A DNA stretch of 32,000 nt, taken from contig JAUILK010000021.1 in NCBI GenBank assembly GCA_030433275.1, forward strand, positions 8,177 through 40,176, written 5' to 3'. Shown here piece by piece: positions 1 through 9,696 of the stretch. The stretch comes from Gammaproteobacteria bacterium. Its GTDB lineage: Bacteria > Pseudomonadota > Gammaproteobacteria > Nitrococcales > Nitrococcaceae. A program made the position numbers and the translations under genes. A model generated the notes under the pieces. That model was given only the letters and a program-made list of their open reading frames with translations. It was not told the DNA's origin and ran no database searches. How positions within the stretch are numbered: the first letter of the stretch is position 1; each line of letters begins with the position of its first letter.

Positions 1-436
1 CAAGATCTATTGTTTGCAGCCGATTAGCGCGCTGGCGCTGGAAGCGACGCAGGACGGCATTGATCCAGCCGGCCGCCCAGCTTTTGCCCAGTGCCCGTGC
101 GGTATCCACCGTAGCTGAGACGGCCGCATGCGGCGGTATCTGCGTGTAGAGTAATTGATACAAGCCGAGTTCGAGAAGCAGGGTGAGATCACGGTCGCGA
201 TTGCGTGGGCGCTGTTCCAACAGATTAAGCACCAACGCCTCCAGCCGGGAGTGCCAGCGCAGTACCCCATAGCAAAGCTCTTGACAGAGTGCCCGGTCAC
301 GGCTGTCCTGCAGTGCAGCGAGGGGATCCGCTAAGGCATTCGGTAGGGCACGGCCGTGCGTCAGGACATCTTGCAAGGCCTGTATGGCCGCCTGGCGTGA
401 TGATGTGGCGGGACCGGGGTGTCGTCGACCAGGCAC
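1..436 (-). CDS. rsmB: 16S rRNA (cytosine967-C5)-methyltransferase RsmB, N-terminal part; the gene runs off the left edge of the window
   Basis: It is absent from the ORF track because no stop codon falls in the window. My own minus-strand translation from GTG 436 gives RQAAIQALQDVLTHGRALPNAL...CQELCYGVLRWHSRLEAL...LELGLYQLLYTQIPPHAAVSATVDTARALGKSWAAGWINAVLRRFQRQ, which is the NusB-like N-terminal domain of RsmB. It follows the canonical def-fmt-rsmB order. The start codon is uncertain. Confidence 0.8.
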   Translation of the reverse strand, partial: MPGRRHPGPATSSRQAAIQALQDVLTHGRALPNALADPLAALQDSRDRALCQELCYGVLRWHSRLEALVLNLLEQRPRNRDRDLTLLLELGLYQLLYTQIPPHAAVSATVDTARALGKSWAAGWINAVLRRFQRQRANRLQTIDL

Positions 437-440
437 GGGC

Positions 441-1385
441 TTAGCCCAGACGGTCAGGTGGGGTGAGTGGGTAACCGTTGAGGAACGCCTTGGCGCGCTG
501 GCGTTGCCGACCCGGGATTTGCAACTCCTCGATGCGCAGCAATCCCTCGCCAGTGACGACATCGATGCCGGCATCGCCAATCTCTACGATGCTGCCTGCG
601 GCGGCGATTGGCGATTTGCTGGTCAGTGCCCGTGCCAACCACACTCGAAGGACACGTTCATGGTGTTGGGTGTATGCAACTGGCCAGGGGTTGAAGGCTC
701 GAATTCGACGGGCAATCTCTGTAGCCGGGCGGTGCCAGTCGATGGCGGCCTCTTCCTTGTTTAGCTTCGTGGCATACGTGGCCTCGGTCGAGTTTTGGGC
801 TCGTGGCTCGATCTCACCGGCTAGCCAGCGCGGTAGAGTGGCCGTTATGAGTTCCGCTCCCAGCTCAGCAAGCCGATCGTGGACGACGCCGGCGGTGTCG
901 TGCGGGTGAATCGCGCAGTCCCGTTGAGCCAGGATGGCGCCGGTGTCCAGGCCGGCGTCCATGCGCATGATAGTGACTCCCGTTCGATCATCACCGGCGA
1001 TAATCGCGCGCTGTATGGGGGCTGCACCGCGCCAGCGCGGCAGTAGTGAGGCATGGATGTTCAAGCATCCCAGTGCTGGGATCGCTAGCACTTCCGGCGG
1101 CAGGATCAACCCGTAGGCTGCGACCACTATAAGCTCTGGAGCCAACTCAGCGAGTTCTGCTCGTGCTGCGGCGCTGCGCAGGCTCGTCGGCTGATACACG
1201 GGCAGGTTGCAACCCTGTGCGGCTATTTTGACAGGGCTCGGGCGCAGCCGTCGACCTCGGCCGGCGGGGCGGTCCGGCTGCGTGTAGACGCCGATCAGGC
1301 GCTGCGGACCTTGACTCAGCTGCTGCAAGGCGGGCACGGCAAATTCTGCCGTGCCCGCGAAGACGATCAACGGGGCATCGCTCAT
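441..1385 (-). CDS. fmt: Methionyl-tRNA formyltransferase
   Basis: 314-aa ORF with IVFAGTAEFAVPAL at the N-terminus and the HASLLPRWRGAAPIQRAI formyltransferase motif. It begins 12 nt downstream of def. Confidence 0.95.
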   Translation of the reverse strand: MSDAPLIVFAGTAEFAVPALQQLSQGPQRLIGVYTQPDRPAGRGRRLRPSPVKIAAQGCNLPVYQPTSLRSAAARAELAELAPELIVVAAYGLILPPEVLAIPALGCLNIHASLLPRWRGAAPIQRAIIAGDDRTGVTIMRMDAGLDTGAILAQRDCAIHPHDTAGVVHDRLAELGAELITATLPRWLAGEIEPRAQNSTEATYATKLNKEEAAIDWHRPATEIARRIRAFNPWPVAYTQHHERVLRVWLARALTSKSPIAAAGSIVEIGDAGIDVVTGEGLLRIEELQIPGRQRQRAKAFLNGYPLTPPDRLG

Positions 1386-1397
1386 CGAGAGAGCGGC

Positions 1398-1931
1398 TCA
1401 GATCACACGTTGTCTCGGATGCGCCGGCACCGTGCCTTGGCGCACCTGTTTCTCCAGCTTCTTACGCAAACGCTTGCGCTTGAGTTCGGAGAGATAATCA
1501 ACGAAGAGCTTACCCTCGAGATGATCGAGTTCGTGTTGAATGCAAACCGCCAGTAAGCCGTCGGTTTCGAGCTCGAACGGCTCGCCGCTGCGAGCTTGGG
1601 CGCGGACTTGCACCCACTCGGCGCGCCGCACCGTGTCAAAATAACCGGGTACCGACAGGCAACCCTCCTGCATTTCCTCTTCGCCCCGGCGTTGCAGGAT
1701 CTGTGGGTTGATGAAGGTGAGCGGTTCGTTCTTGGCTTCGGTGATATCGATAACCACGATGCGCTGGTGCACGTTCACCTGGGTGGCGGCTAGGCCAATG
1801 CCAGGGGCGTCATACATGGTCTCGAAGAGGTCGTCCACCAAGCGACGTATTTCGTCGGTCACCTTGTCGACCGGTTGTGCCCGAATGCGAAGCTGCGGAT
1901 CGGGGTAATGCAGGATATCCAAGATTGCCAT
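1398..1931 (-). CDS. def: Peptide deformylase
   Basis: 177-aa ORF carrying the three deformylase motifs: [17 protein letters not shown] and QHELDHLEG. Confidence 0.95.
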   Translation of the reverse strand: MAILDILHYPDPQLRIRAQPVDKVTDEIRRLVDDLFETMYDAPGIGLAATQVNVHQRIVVIDITEAKNEPLTFINPQILQRRGEEEMQEGCLSVPGYFDTVRRAEWVQVRAQARSGEPFELETDGLLAVCIQHELDHLEGKLFVDYLSELKRKRLRKKLEKQVRQGTVPAHPRQRVI

Positions 1932-2055
1932 ATTTGATCCGTTGCGATTGGCGACACTTCATTGCTAATCTGAACTCAGATTACTTGAGCTCGAACTATA
2001 ACGAATTAAACTCGGTTGCCGCTACCATGGAGAGGGCTTCAAACAGGGAACGTCG

Positions 2056-3138
2056 ATGCTCGTCAAAAACAAGTTTGCTTGGATACTATGTGTTCTGCTC
2101 ATGCTCGCCTCCCCGCTCATGGCAGCCGAGCTTCCGCTTAAGCAGGAACACCCGAACCACTATACCGTACAGCCCGGTGACAATCTGTGGGACATATCGG
2201 CCCGCTTTTTAGAGGATCCTTGGTATTGGCCTGAGATCTGGTACGTTAATCCGGCAATCAAAAATCCCCACCTGATTTACCCGGGCGACGTGATCAAGTT
2301 TACCATGGTTGGCGGCCGACCCCGGCTCGTCGTCGAACGGCAAGGCGGCACTATAAAGCTGTCACCGCATGTTCGAGCGGAAGAACTGGAAGAGGCTATC
2401 CCGGCCATTCCGATTAGTGCCCTGCAGCCGTTTATTACCGGTGACCGCATGGTGTCGGCTGAACAATGGCACCAGGCGGCCCACATCGTGGCTGCCGCCG
2501 ATGAGCACGTGATGGGGGCACAGGGGGATTTGATCTACGTGCGCGGTCTCGACCAGGATGGGACGGATCGCCTATACGGTATTCTGCGCAACAGGGGGCC
2601 GCTGGTGGATCCGGAAAGCGGAGCGGTGCTCGGCTATCAAGCCACTCATGTCGGCGATGCCGTGTGCAGGCCAAGTGGTGAGCCCGCCATGTGCACCATC
2701 AGACGCAGCAATCGTGAGGTATTGCCTGGAGATCGTTTGCTGCGTGTAGAAGAAAAGGCGCTCAGAGGCCGGTTTTACCCGCGCCCTCCGACGCAAGCGG
2801 TCGAGGGAGTGATCATCGCAGTTATGGGCGGCGTCTCACAGATCGGTCAATATAATGTGGTGGCCATCAACCGTGGTGAGACACAAGCTCTCAAGCCCGG
2901 TGATGTGCTACTGGTCTACAAATCGGGACGACAAGTGGTTGACCGCTTCGATGGGCGTCGTGATCGGGTGGGGTTGCCGGACGAGCGGGTCGGAAGCATG
3001 ATCATTTTCCGTACCTTTCCCCAGTTGAGCTTTGGATTGATCATGGAGGCTACCCGTGCTATGAGCGTTCATGATCGGATCCGCAGCCCGGCTACACAAT
3101 TGCCGTTGCAGCGCGCCGGCATACCGGCGCCGCTCTAG
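2056..3138 (+). CDS. tsaP: Secreted LysM peptidoglycan-binding protein, TsaP-like
   Basis: It has a signal-peptide-like N-terminus (LCVLLMLASPLMAAE) and a LysM motif, YTVQPGDNLWDISARFLEDPWYWPEIW...NPHLIYPGDVI. It sits between def and dprA, as the Pseudomonas/Neisseria TsaP-family gene does. The symbol rests on motif plus synteny only. Confidence 0.7.
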   Translation: MLVKNKFAWILCVLLMLASPLMAAELPLKQEHPNHYTVQPGDNLWDISARFLEDPWYWPEIWYVNPAIKNPHLIYPGDVIKFTMVGGRPRLVVERQGGTIKLSPHVRAEELEEAIPAIPISALQPFITGDRMVSAEQWHQAAHIVAAADEHVMGAQGDLIYVRGLDQDGTDRLYGILRNRGPLVDPESGAVLGYQATHVGDAVCRPSGEPAMCTIRRSNREVLPGDRLLRVEEKALRGRFYPRPPTQAVEGVIIAVMGGVSQIGQYNVVAINRGETQALKPGDVLLVYKSGRQVVDRFDGRRDRVGLPDERVGSMIIFRTFPQLSFGLIMEATRAMSVHDRIRSPATQLPLQRAGIPAPL

Positions 3139-3208
3139 CCAAACAAGCTGGTGATGTCGGCGCGTATTCCGTTAGCTGGTTCCGCCGGGCGCAGCAGGGC
3201 AGCGCATC

Positions 3209-4330
3209 ATGCCGAATCGTTTGCGGGGCGAATCACAAGTGGCTTGGCTGCGCCTATATCGCACGCCGGGCATTGGCGTTCGCACCTTTCAGCGCATACT
3301 CGCGTGCTTTCAAACCCCTGCGGCTTTTCTGGCCGCCTCGCGTGAAGAGCAGGCGCAAGCGGGGCTTGCCGCCGATGTGCTTACTGCTCTGGCGCATATC
3401 GACGAGGCTAGGATAGAGACGGATTTGCGGTGGCTGGAGGGCGAAGGACACCACTTATTGTGCTGTACCGATCCGGCTTATCCTGAATTGTTACGGCGCA
3501 TCCCGGTACCGCCACCGCTGCTGTTTGTCGTTGGTCAGCCCACTGTTTTGAATCAACCGCAGCTTGCCATGGTGGGCAGTCGTAATCCAACCCCGGGTGG
3601 CATGAGCAACGCCCGCGCTTTCGCAGCGCATTTGGCAAGCGCCGGATTGACAATCACCAGCGGTTTGGCGCTCGGGATCGACGCCGCCGCCCATCGTGGC
3701 GCGCTTGAGGCCGATGGTTTTACTGTTGCCGTTTTGGGCACCGGGCCGGATCGCATATATCCAGCGCGCCACCGTGATCTTGCTCACGCCATCGCCGAGC
3801 GGGGCGCACTGATCAGCGAATTGCCGATCGGCAGTCGGCCGCGACGTGAGCATTTCCCGCGGCGCAACCGCATCATCAGCGGTTTGACTTTAGGTACGTT
3901 GGTCGTCGAGGCGAGCCTGCGCAGTGGCTCATTGATCACGGTGCAGCATGCGCTCGAGCAGGGGCGGGAGGTGTTCGCCATCCCCGGTTCGGTCCACAAT
4001 CCGCTCGCGCGAGGCTGCCATGCGTTAATCCGCCAGGGGGCGAAGCTGGTGGAGTCTGCGGCTGATGTGTTGGAGGAGCTTCCTCCATTTGCAGGGGCAA
4101 TGACCGAGAGGCGAGCATTGCCCGGTTCCGAGCGGACGGCCTCTTTGGGTTGGGAGTATCGGCGTGTATTAGCTGCATTGGGGCACGATCCGGTCCCGGT
4201 GGACGTGCTGCTCCAACGCACCGGATTGACGCCCGATACGCTTTCCGCCATGCTTTTACAATTGGAATTAATGGGCTATGTAGCGACCTGCCCCGGCGGC
4301 CGGTATGCGCGCCGGAACGATGGGGCGTGA
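3209..4330 (+). CDS. dprA: DNA-processing protein DprA (Smf)
   Basis: 373-aa ORF with the DprA Rossmann-like core: LAMVGSRNPTPGG, TSGLALGIDAAAHRGAL, FPRRNRIISGL and LVVEASLRSGSLIT. It also has a winged-helix-like C-terminus. Confidence 0.9.
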   Translation: MPNRLRGESQVAWLRLYRTPGIGVRTFQRILACFQTPAAFLAASREEQAQAGLAADVLTALAHIDEARIETDLRWLEGEGHHLLCCTDPAYPELLRRIPVPPPLLFVVGQPTVLNQPQLAMVGSRNPTPGGMSNARAFAAHLASAGLTITSGLALGIDAAAHRGALEADGFTVAVLGTGPDRIYPARHRDLAHAIAERGALISELPIGSRPRREHFPRRNRIISGLTLGTLVVEASLRSGSLITVQHALEQGREVFAIPGSVHNPLARGCHALIRQGAKLVESAADVLEELPPFAGAMTERRALPGSERTASLGWEYRRVLAALGHDPVPVDVLLQRTGLTPDTLSAMLLQLELMGYVATCPGGRYARRNDGA

Positions 4331-4332
4331 GG

Positions 4333-4806
4333 ATGAAAGAGAACGTTTTCGATGTGTTGATGTATCTGTTTGAAAATGACCTCTATAACGAGGAGGAGTT
4401 AGGTCCAGATAGGGAGCTTGTCGAGACGGAGTTGTTCGAGGCGGGGTTTAGCCGGCTTGAGATTCGTAAGGCATTCGATTGGCTCGATGCGCTTTCGGAT
4501 AGCCGTAATGCCCCTGTTTTGGGACCCGGAAGCAAGCGGTCGATCCGCTTGTTCACCGAGTCGGAGCTGGCTAAGTTGGAGGTGGATTGTCGCGGTTTTC
4601 TGCTCTATCTGGAGCAAGTCGGCATCTTGACCTCAGTCAGCCGCGAACTGGTTATCGACCGCATGATGGCCCTAGATGATGAAATTGATTTGGATACCTT
4701 GAAATGGGTGATCCTTATGGTTCTTTTCAGTCAGCCCGGACAAGAAGAGGCGTATGCTTGGATGGAGAACCTGATATTCGACAATCCGGCGCATTTCCTC
4801 CACTGA
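4333..4806 (+). CDS. smg: Smg protein (DUF494)
   Basis: The ORF-track entry 4150..4806 overlaps dprA. The internal ATG at 4333 lies 2 nt after the dprA stop and gives a 157-aa protein, MKENVFDVLMYLFENDLYNEEE..., typical of Smg in both length and position. Confidence 0.85.
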   Translation: MKENVFDVLMYLFENDLYNEEELGPDRELVETELFEAGFSRLEIRKAFDWLDALSDSRNAPVLGPGSKRSIRLFTESELAKLEVDCRGFLLYLEQVGILTSVSRELVIDRMMALDDEIDLDTLKWVILMVLFSQPGQEEAYAWMENLIFDNPAHFLH

Positions 4807-4869
4807 ATCTGCTTTACAGCATGCCTACATTGTCTATGCCGTCCGACCCATCTTCAGACTGTTTTTAAC

Positions 4870-7194
4870 ATGGCAAAAAATCTGGTAATCGTTGAATCAC
4901 CAGCCAAGGCGCGCACGATCAACAAGTACTTGGGGACCGATTTCGAGGTGTTGGCCTCTTATGGTCATGTGCGTGACCTGGTGCCCAAGGAAGGAGCGGT
5001 GGACACCGAGCGTGACTTTGCCATGAAGTACGCGACCATCGAGCGCAATGCAAAGCACGTCGATGCCATTGCCAAGGCCATTCAGAAGATCGACGCCATT
5101 TATTTGGCAACGGATCCGGATCGGGAAGGGGAGGCTATTTCCTGGCATCTCTCGGAGTTGCTTAGAGAGCGTGGCGTGCTTGATGACAAGCCCATCCATC
5201 GAGTTGTCTTCTATGAGATTACCCAGCGCGCCATCCAGGCGGCCATGGCGCATCCCCGCGGATTATCGACAGATCTTGTCAATGCGCAGCAGGCTCGGCG
5301 GGCGCTGGATTATCTAGTCGGCTTCAAGCTATCGCCTTTGTTATGGAAAAAAATTACCAGTGGGCTCTCTGCCGGCCGAGTCCAGAGTCCGGCACTGCGG
5401 TTAATTGTGGAGCGCGAGCAGGAAATCGAGGCCTTCACTCCGCGTGAGTACTGGACGATCGAGGCTGATCTGGAAAAATCGCAGCAGCGCTTCATCGCCC
5501 GATTATCCACCCTTGCCGGGCAGCGGGTCGAGCAGTTCTCGATCAATACGGCTGCGCAAGCGGCTGAGGTGACAGCTCGACTCAGGCAAGCGGCGGACAG
5601 CCGCTTGCGGGTTGCCAAAGTAGAGCGCAAGCAGCGGCGACGGAACCCAGCTGCCCCTTTCATCACCTCGACCTTACAGCAAGAGGCCTCGCGCAAACTA
5701 CGCTTTTCTACTCAGAAAACCATGCGAGTGGCACAGCAGCTCTATGAGGGCATCGACACCGGCAGTGGTGCCATTGGCTTGATTACTTACATGCGCACCG
5801 ACTCGGTCAACCTGGCCCAGGAGGCCGTATCGAATATCCAAGAAGTAATTGCCGAGCGATACGGCCGTGACAAACTGCCGGAGCGTCCGCATCGGTATCG
5901 AACTCGGGCCAAGAATGCTCAGGAGGCGCATGAAGCCATTCGGCCGACCGATGCTTGGCGGCTGCCAGATGAGCTCAAGGCCTTCCTGACCCAGGATCAA
6001 TATCGACTCTACGAGCTTATCTGGAAGCGCTCGGTTGCCTGTCAGATGATCCATGCCACGATCAATACGGTGGCGGTGGACCTTGCCTGTGACAGTGAGG
6101 GGGTATTCCGAGCCACTGGCTCCACAGTTGCAGATCCGGGTTTCATGGCGGTGTATTCGGAAGGCACCGACGATGCCAGCCTCGCCGAGGACAACGAGCG
6201 GACCCTGCCGTCTATGCAGGTCGGCGATGAGATCAAGTTGTGGGAAATCCGGCCCGAGCAGCACTTTACCGAGCCGCCCCCGCGCTATTCGGAAGCGAGC
6301 TTGGTGCGGGCGCTGGAGGAACGGGGCATCGGTCGCCCATCCACCTACGCCGCTATTTTGTCGACGCTGCAGCAGCGCAATTATGCGCTGTTGGAGAACC
6401 GGCGATTTCGCCCTACGGATACTGGGCGGGTAGTGATCAAATTTCTCAAGGAGCACTTCGATCGCTATGTAGATTACGATTTTACGGCCCGCATGGAAGA
6501 TGATCTGGATGCCATTTCACGCGGCGAACGGGACTGGATTCCGGTGCTGCGTTCATTCTGGGAACCGTTTAAAGAGCGTATTGACGATAAGAGTAAGGTT
6601 TCGCGTGGCGAGGTGATGCAGGCACGCGAACTCGGTGTCGATCCGGTCAGCGGTCGCCCCGTGACCGCCCGGTTGGGTCGTTATGGCCCCTATGTGCAGA
6701 TCGGAAGCGCGAACGATTCGGAAAAACCAACCTTTGCCGGGCTGGTTCAGGGGCAGAGCATCGACACCATTACGCTCGATGAGGCCTTGGCATTATTCAA
6801 GCTGCCTCGGGATTTGGGCGAGACGCCGCAGGGGGAGAAGCTTGTAGTCGGCATCGGTCGTTATGGTCCCTATGTGCGCTATGGCAGCAAGTTCGTTTCC
6901 CTGAAGCGCGAAGATGACCCTTATACCATCACCCGCGAGCGGGCGTTGGAACGGGTGGCCGAGAAGAAGGAAGCCGAGGCGAATCGGCTTATACGTCGGT
7001 TCGATGGTGCTGAGGTGGAAATTCTACGCGGTCGGTTTGGGCCGTATATCACCGACGGTAAGAAAAAAACGCGTATTCCCAAGGGGCGAGACCCCAGTGA
7101 GCTCGATCTCGAAGAGTGCCGTGAGCTGTTGGGCAAGGTGCCGGAGCGTAAGAGCGGGCGGCGTGGGGGCGGGCACCGACGTAAGAGCGGTTGA
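4870..7194 (+). CDS. topA: DNA topoisomerase I (type IA)
   Basis: 774 aa. It has a Toprim N-terminus (LVIVESPAKARTI, ATDPDREGEAI) and the active-site Tyr context GLITYMRTDS. The C-terminal region has three GR(Y/F)GPY(V/I) repeats and no tetracysteine zinc ribbons. Confidence 0.95.
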   Translation: MAKNLVIVESPAKARTINKYLGTDFEVLASYGHVRDLVPKEGAVDTERDFAMKYATIERNAKHVDAIAKAIQKIDAIYLATDPDREGEAISWHLSELLRERGVLDDKPIHRVVFYEITQRAIQAAMAHPRGLSTDLVNAQQARRALDYLVGFKLSPLLWKKITSGLSAGRVQSPALRLIVEREQEIEAFTPREYWTIEADLEKSQQRFIARLSTLAGQRVEQFSINTAAQAAEVTARLRQAADSRLRVAKVERKQRRRNPAAPFITSTLQQEASRKLRFSTQKTMRVAQQLYEGIDTGSGAIGLITYMRTDSVNLAQEAVSNIQEVIAERYGRDKLPERPHRYRTRAKNAQEAHEAIRPTDAWRLPDELKAFLTQDQYRLYELIWKRSVACQMIHATINTVAVDLACDSEGVFRATGSTVADPGFMAVYSEGTDDASLAEDNERTLPSMQVGDEIKLWEIRPEQHFTEPPPRYSEASLVRALEERGIGRPSTYAAILSTLQQRNYALLENRRFRPTDTGRVVIKFLKEHFDRYVDYDFTARMEDDLDAISRGERDWIPVLRSFWEPFKERIDDKSKVSRGEVMQARELGVDPVSGRPVTARLGRYGPYVQIGSANDSEKPTFAGLVQGQSIDTITLDEALALFKLPRDLGETPQGEKLVVGIGRYGPYVRYGSKFVSLKREDDPYTITRERALERVAEKKEAEANRLIRRFDGAEVEILRGRFGPYITDGKKKTRIPKGRDPSELDLEECRELLGKVPERKSGRRGGGHRRKSG

Positions 7195-7760
7195 CGGTGT
7201 GCGCTTTGGTCGGTTTTCGTCTGCGCCGCTATTCGGCATTATTGAGCGTCGGCGGTGTCATCGGCTATCCCACGGAAGCCGTTTATGGCTTAGGCTGTGA
7301 TCCACGGTGCCTCGATGCCGTCGGTCGTTTGTTGGCACTGAAGGGTCGCTCGGCGCGCAAGGGATTGATATTGATTGCTCCTGAAGCTGGTTGGCTCGCC
7401 GAATATATGGCTCCCCTCAACGAGGTGATGATGGCGCGAATGATGGCGAGTTGGCCGGGTCCGGTGACCTGGGTGGTGCCGGCTGCGGCTCGAGTACCCG
7501 CTTGGCTGACTGGCGGCCGTGAGACCATCGCGCTGCGAGTAACGGCGCATCCCATCGCCAGTGCTCTGTGCCGGGCCTTCGGCGGAGTGCTGGTGTCGAC
7601 CAGCGCCAATCGCGCCGGAGGCGCGCCGGCGCGCACGGCGTTGCGCACGCGGCTATTGTTTGGCCCTGATTTGGATGCGGTCGTGCCGGGTAAGCTCGGC
7701 GGGCTCGATCGTCCTACCCCGATTTTCGATGCGCGCTCGGGGGCGATCCTACGGGAATGA
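7191..7760 (+). CDS. tsaC: L-threonylcarbamoyladenylate synthase, TsaC/YrdC type
   Basis: 189-aa YrdC-domain protein with GGVIGYPTEAVYGLGCDP and STSANRAG. The TTG start at 7191 overlaps the topA stop by 4 nt. An in-frame GTG at 7197 is an alternative start. Confidence 0.88.
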   Translation: MTVCALVGFRLRRYSALLSVGGVIGYPTEAVYGLGCDPRCLDAVGRLLALKGRSARKGLILIAPEAGWLAEYMAPLNEVMMARMMASWPGPVTWVVPAAARVPAWLTGGRETIALRVTAHPIASALCRAFGGVLVSTSANRAGGAPARTALRTRLLFGPDLDAVVPGKLGGLDRPTPIFDARSGAILRE

Positions 7761-7862
7761 GTTCGCGTTCCATGATAGCCGAGAGCCGGTTGTCAATTAG
7801 TTCGGTAGATAGTGAGCTGTTGGTGGGGACAGCATTGACACACCATGGCAAATCGAGAGCAA

Positions 7863-8807
7863 ATGAAACCCCGGATGGACAAGCCTAGCCCAGAGGCCGT
7901 GAAAAGCTATCTCTTGGATCTGCAGAATCGGATCTGTGAGGCCATTGGCGCCGAAGACGAGGTCAGCACACGCTTCCAGGAGGATCCCTGGAGCCGTGAG
8001 GAGGGTGGTGGCGGTCGTACTCGTGTGTTACTAGAAGGTGCTACCTTTGAGCAGGCCGGTATTAACTTCTCCCATGTATATGGCAGCGCTCTGCCGGACA
8101 CCGCTAGCGCCCGCCGCCCGGAGCTGGCTGGGCGGTGTTACCAGGCTATGGGTGTTTCACTGGTCATCCATCCGCGCAACCCCTTCGTTCCGATCTCTCA
8201 TGCTAATGTGCGTTTTTTCCTTGCCGAGAAGCCGGGTGAGACCCCGGTGTGGTGGTTCGGTGGCGGCTTCGATTTGACCCCTTGCTACGGCTACGATGAA
8301 GATGTGCTGCATTGGCACCAAACCGCCAAGGCCGCCTGTGATCCATACGGTGAACAACTCTATCCACGCTTTAAAGCATGGTGTGATGAATACTTCTATC
8401 TGCCGCATCGTAATGAGCCGCGGGGGGTGGGAGGACTATTCTTCGACGATTTCGCAGGTGCTGGGTTCGAACACGCTTTTGGCTTCATGCGCTCTGTGGG
8501 TAATGGCTTTCTCCCGGCTTACCTGCCCATCGTCAGGCGCCGCAAGAGCACTGACTACGGTGAGCGTGAGCGTCGTTTCCAACTCTATCGGCGGGGCCGC
8601 TACGTGGAGTTCAATTTGCTCTTCGACCGCGGCACACGTTTTGGCATTCACTCCGGTGGGCGCGCCGAGTCCATTCTTATGTCGTTGCCGCCGTTGGTGC
8701 GTTGGGAATATGGTTGGCAGCCGGAAGTCGGCTCAAGGGAAGCGGAACTTTATGCGCGCTATCTACAGCCTCGCGATTGGTTGACGGAATTGGTGGTAGA
8801 GCGCTGA
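7863..8807 (+). CDS. hemF: Oxygen-dependent coproporphyrinogen III oxidase
   Basis: HemF-like throughout ([41 protein letters not shown]). I chose the ATG at 7863 ([28 protein letters not shown]) because it resembles the enterobacterial HemF N-terminus. The ORF track starts at 7845. Confidence 0.92.
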   Translation: MKPRMDKPSPEAVKSYLLDLQNRICEAIGAEDEVSTRFQEDPWSREEGGGGRTRVLLEGATFEQAGINFSHVYGSALPDTASARRPELAGRCYQAMGVSLVIHPRNPFVPISHANVRFFLAEKPGETPVWWFGGGFDLTPCYGYDEDVLHWHQTAKAACDPYGEQLYPRFKAWCDEYFYLPHRNEPRGVGGLFFDDFAGAGFEHAFGFMRSVGNGFLPAYLPIVRRRKSTDYGERERRFQLYRRGRYVEFNLLFDRGTRFGIHSGGRAESILMSLPPLVRWEYGWQPEVGSREAELYARYLQPRDWLTELVVER

Positions 8808-8887
8808 GAAGTCAATCCCCGCGCAAGCGGACGATCCAGCGGCTTTCAATTCTTTCTGGGTGTGCGCTATGGCGTGTGGCACGTTAT

Positions 8888-9526
8888 TCAGTGCCGTGCT
8901 TGGGTGTGTTGGTAAAAGACATAACGGTTGAGGATCGTTTGCGTTTCGGCGGTGATATCCTCATCAAAACGGATAGCTAGGGTTCGGCGCTTGGTATCGG
9001 TATGGTCCTGGTTTATCCGTACTACCTCGCCTTTGAGCTCGAAGTGTTCCGCGTTACTGAGTCGGACTTGCAGATGAATTGGATGGCGACCCGGGTGGGT
9101 AAAGCTTGAAGGCAAGTCGGTTAGTGACAACCCCGTGACGGAGAGGTCGCGTACCTGGGGTGCTTGCAGCAGGCCTCGACTGTCGATTACCCGGATATCG
9201 CCCTGGTAGGGGTGAACGCGTACCGCTCGCTCGGTCCCGTAGCGCTCGATGATGGTGGGATAGCTAAAGCGCAGGGCCACTGGCGAGCCGGCTGTTGGAT
9301 GCTCCACGTAGAGCTTGAAATCAAAAACGTAATTGCCTTGTTCGAGCTTGAGTTGCAGGCGCTCGGTATTACTCAGCAACGCTAGCAGTTCGGTATCACC
9401 GCTGTAGGGATCGAGCACAAACGCGCATGAGCGAATTGCGGGAGCCTGGCGCGGCTTACTCGAAGCAAACAGCTCGCGTAGGTAACCCAACTCCTCAGCG
9501 GTGAGATGGGCTGATTTAATCGCCAT
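8888..9526 (-). CDS. PilZ-domain protein (YcgR-like two-domain layout), 212 aa
   Basis: The ORF track extends to 9760, but that N-terminal extension is Pro/His/Arg-rich junk. The ATG at 9526 is preceded by GGGAGGG. The C-terminal half has the PilZ DxSxxG motif (RDLSVTGLSL) and a beta-barrel-like pattern. The RxxxR motif is not canonical (TERAVRV). Confidence 0.6.
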   Translation of the reverse strand: MAIKSAHLTAEELGYLRELFASSKPRQAPAIRSCAFVLDPYSGDTELLALLSNTERLQLKLEQGNYVFDFKLYVEHPTAGSPVALRFSYPTIIERYGTERAVRVHPYQGDIRVIDSRGLLQAPQVRDLSVTGLSLTDLPSSFTHPGRHPIHLQVRLSNAEHFELKGEVVRINQDHTDTKRRTLAIRFDEDITAETQTILNRYVFYQHTQARH

Positions 9527-9696
9527 AAGCAACCCTCCCGGTGGTTGTGGCTGTGCCCTGCCGCGGTGAGGCCTATGAGGGCATAATGTCCGTATAGCGG
9601 GAGTATGGCAAGCTTGTTGCGAAGTCGGCCGGTCAGTGTGGCTGCCATGAGGGTGCGGGCAGGCATGCTTTGGCCAGGGAGATCGTGGACACGGCG

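Noticed and set aside
5698-6456. 252-aa ORF antisense to topA. Similar long antisense ORFs lie at 13546..14208 (in sqs), 15526..16122 (in shc), 21005..21541 (in hpnH) and 31531..31998 (in the E1-beta-like gene).
   Set aside because: Long stop-free antisense frames are expected in GC-rich coding DNA. Their translations are Arg/Ala/Gly/Pro-rich with no recognisable motifs. Each fully overlaps a gene with unambiguous homology-type motifs on the other strand.
6600-7194. The cysteine-free topA C-terminal domain with three GR(Y/F)GPY(V/I) repeats, considered as a novelty.
   Set aside because: Zinc-ribbon-free, repeat-type C-terminal domains of type IA topoisomerase I are an already described variant, for example in actinobacteria and other lineages. 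The feature is noted in the annotation but is not novel.
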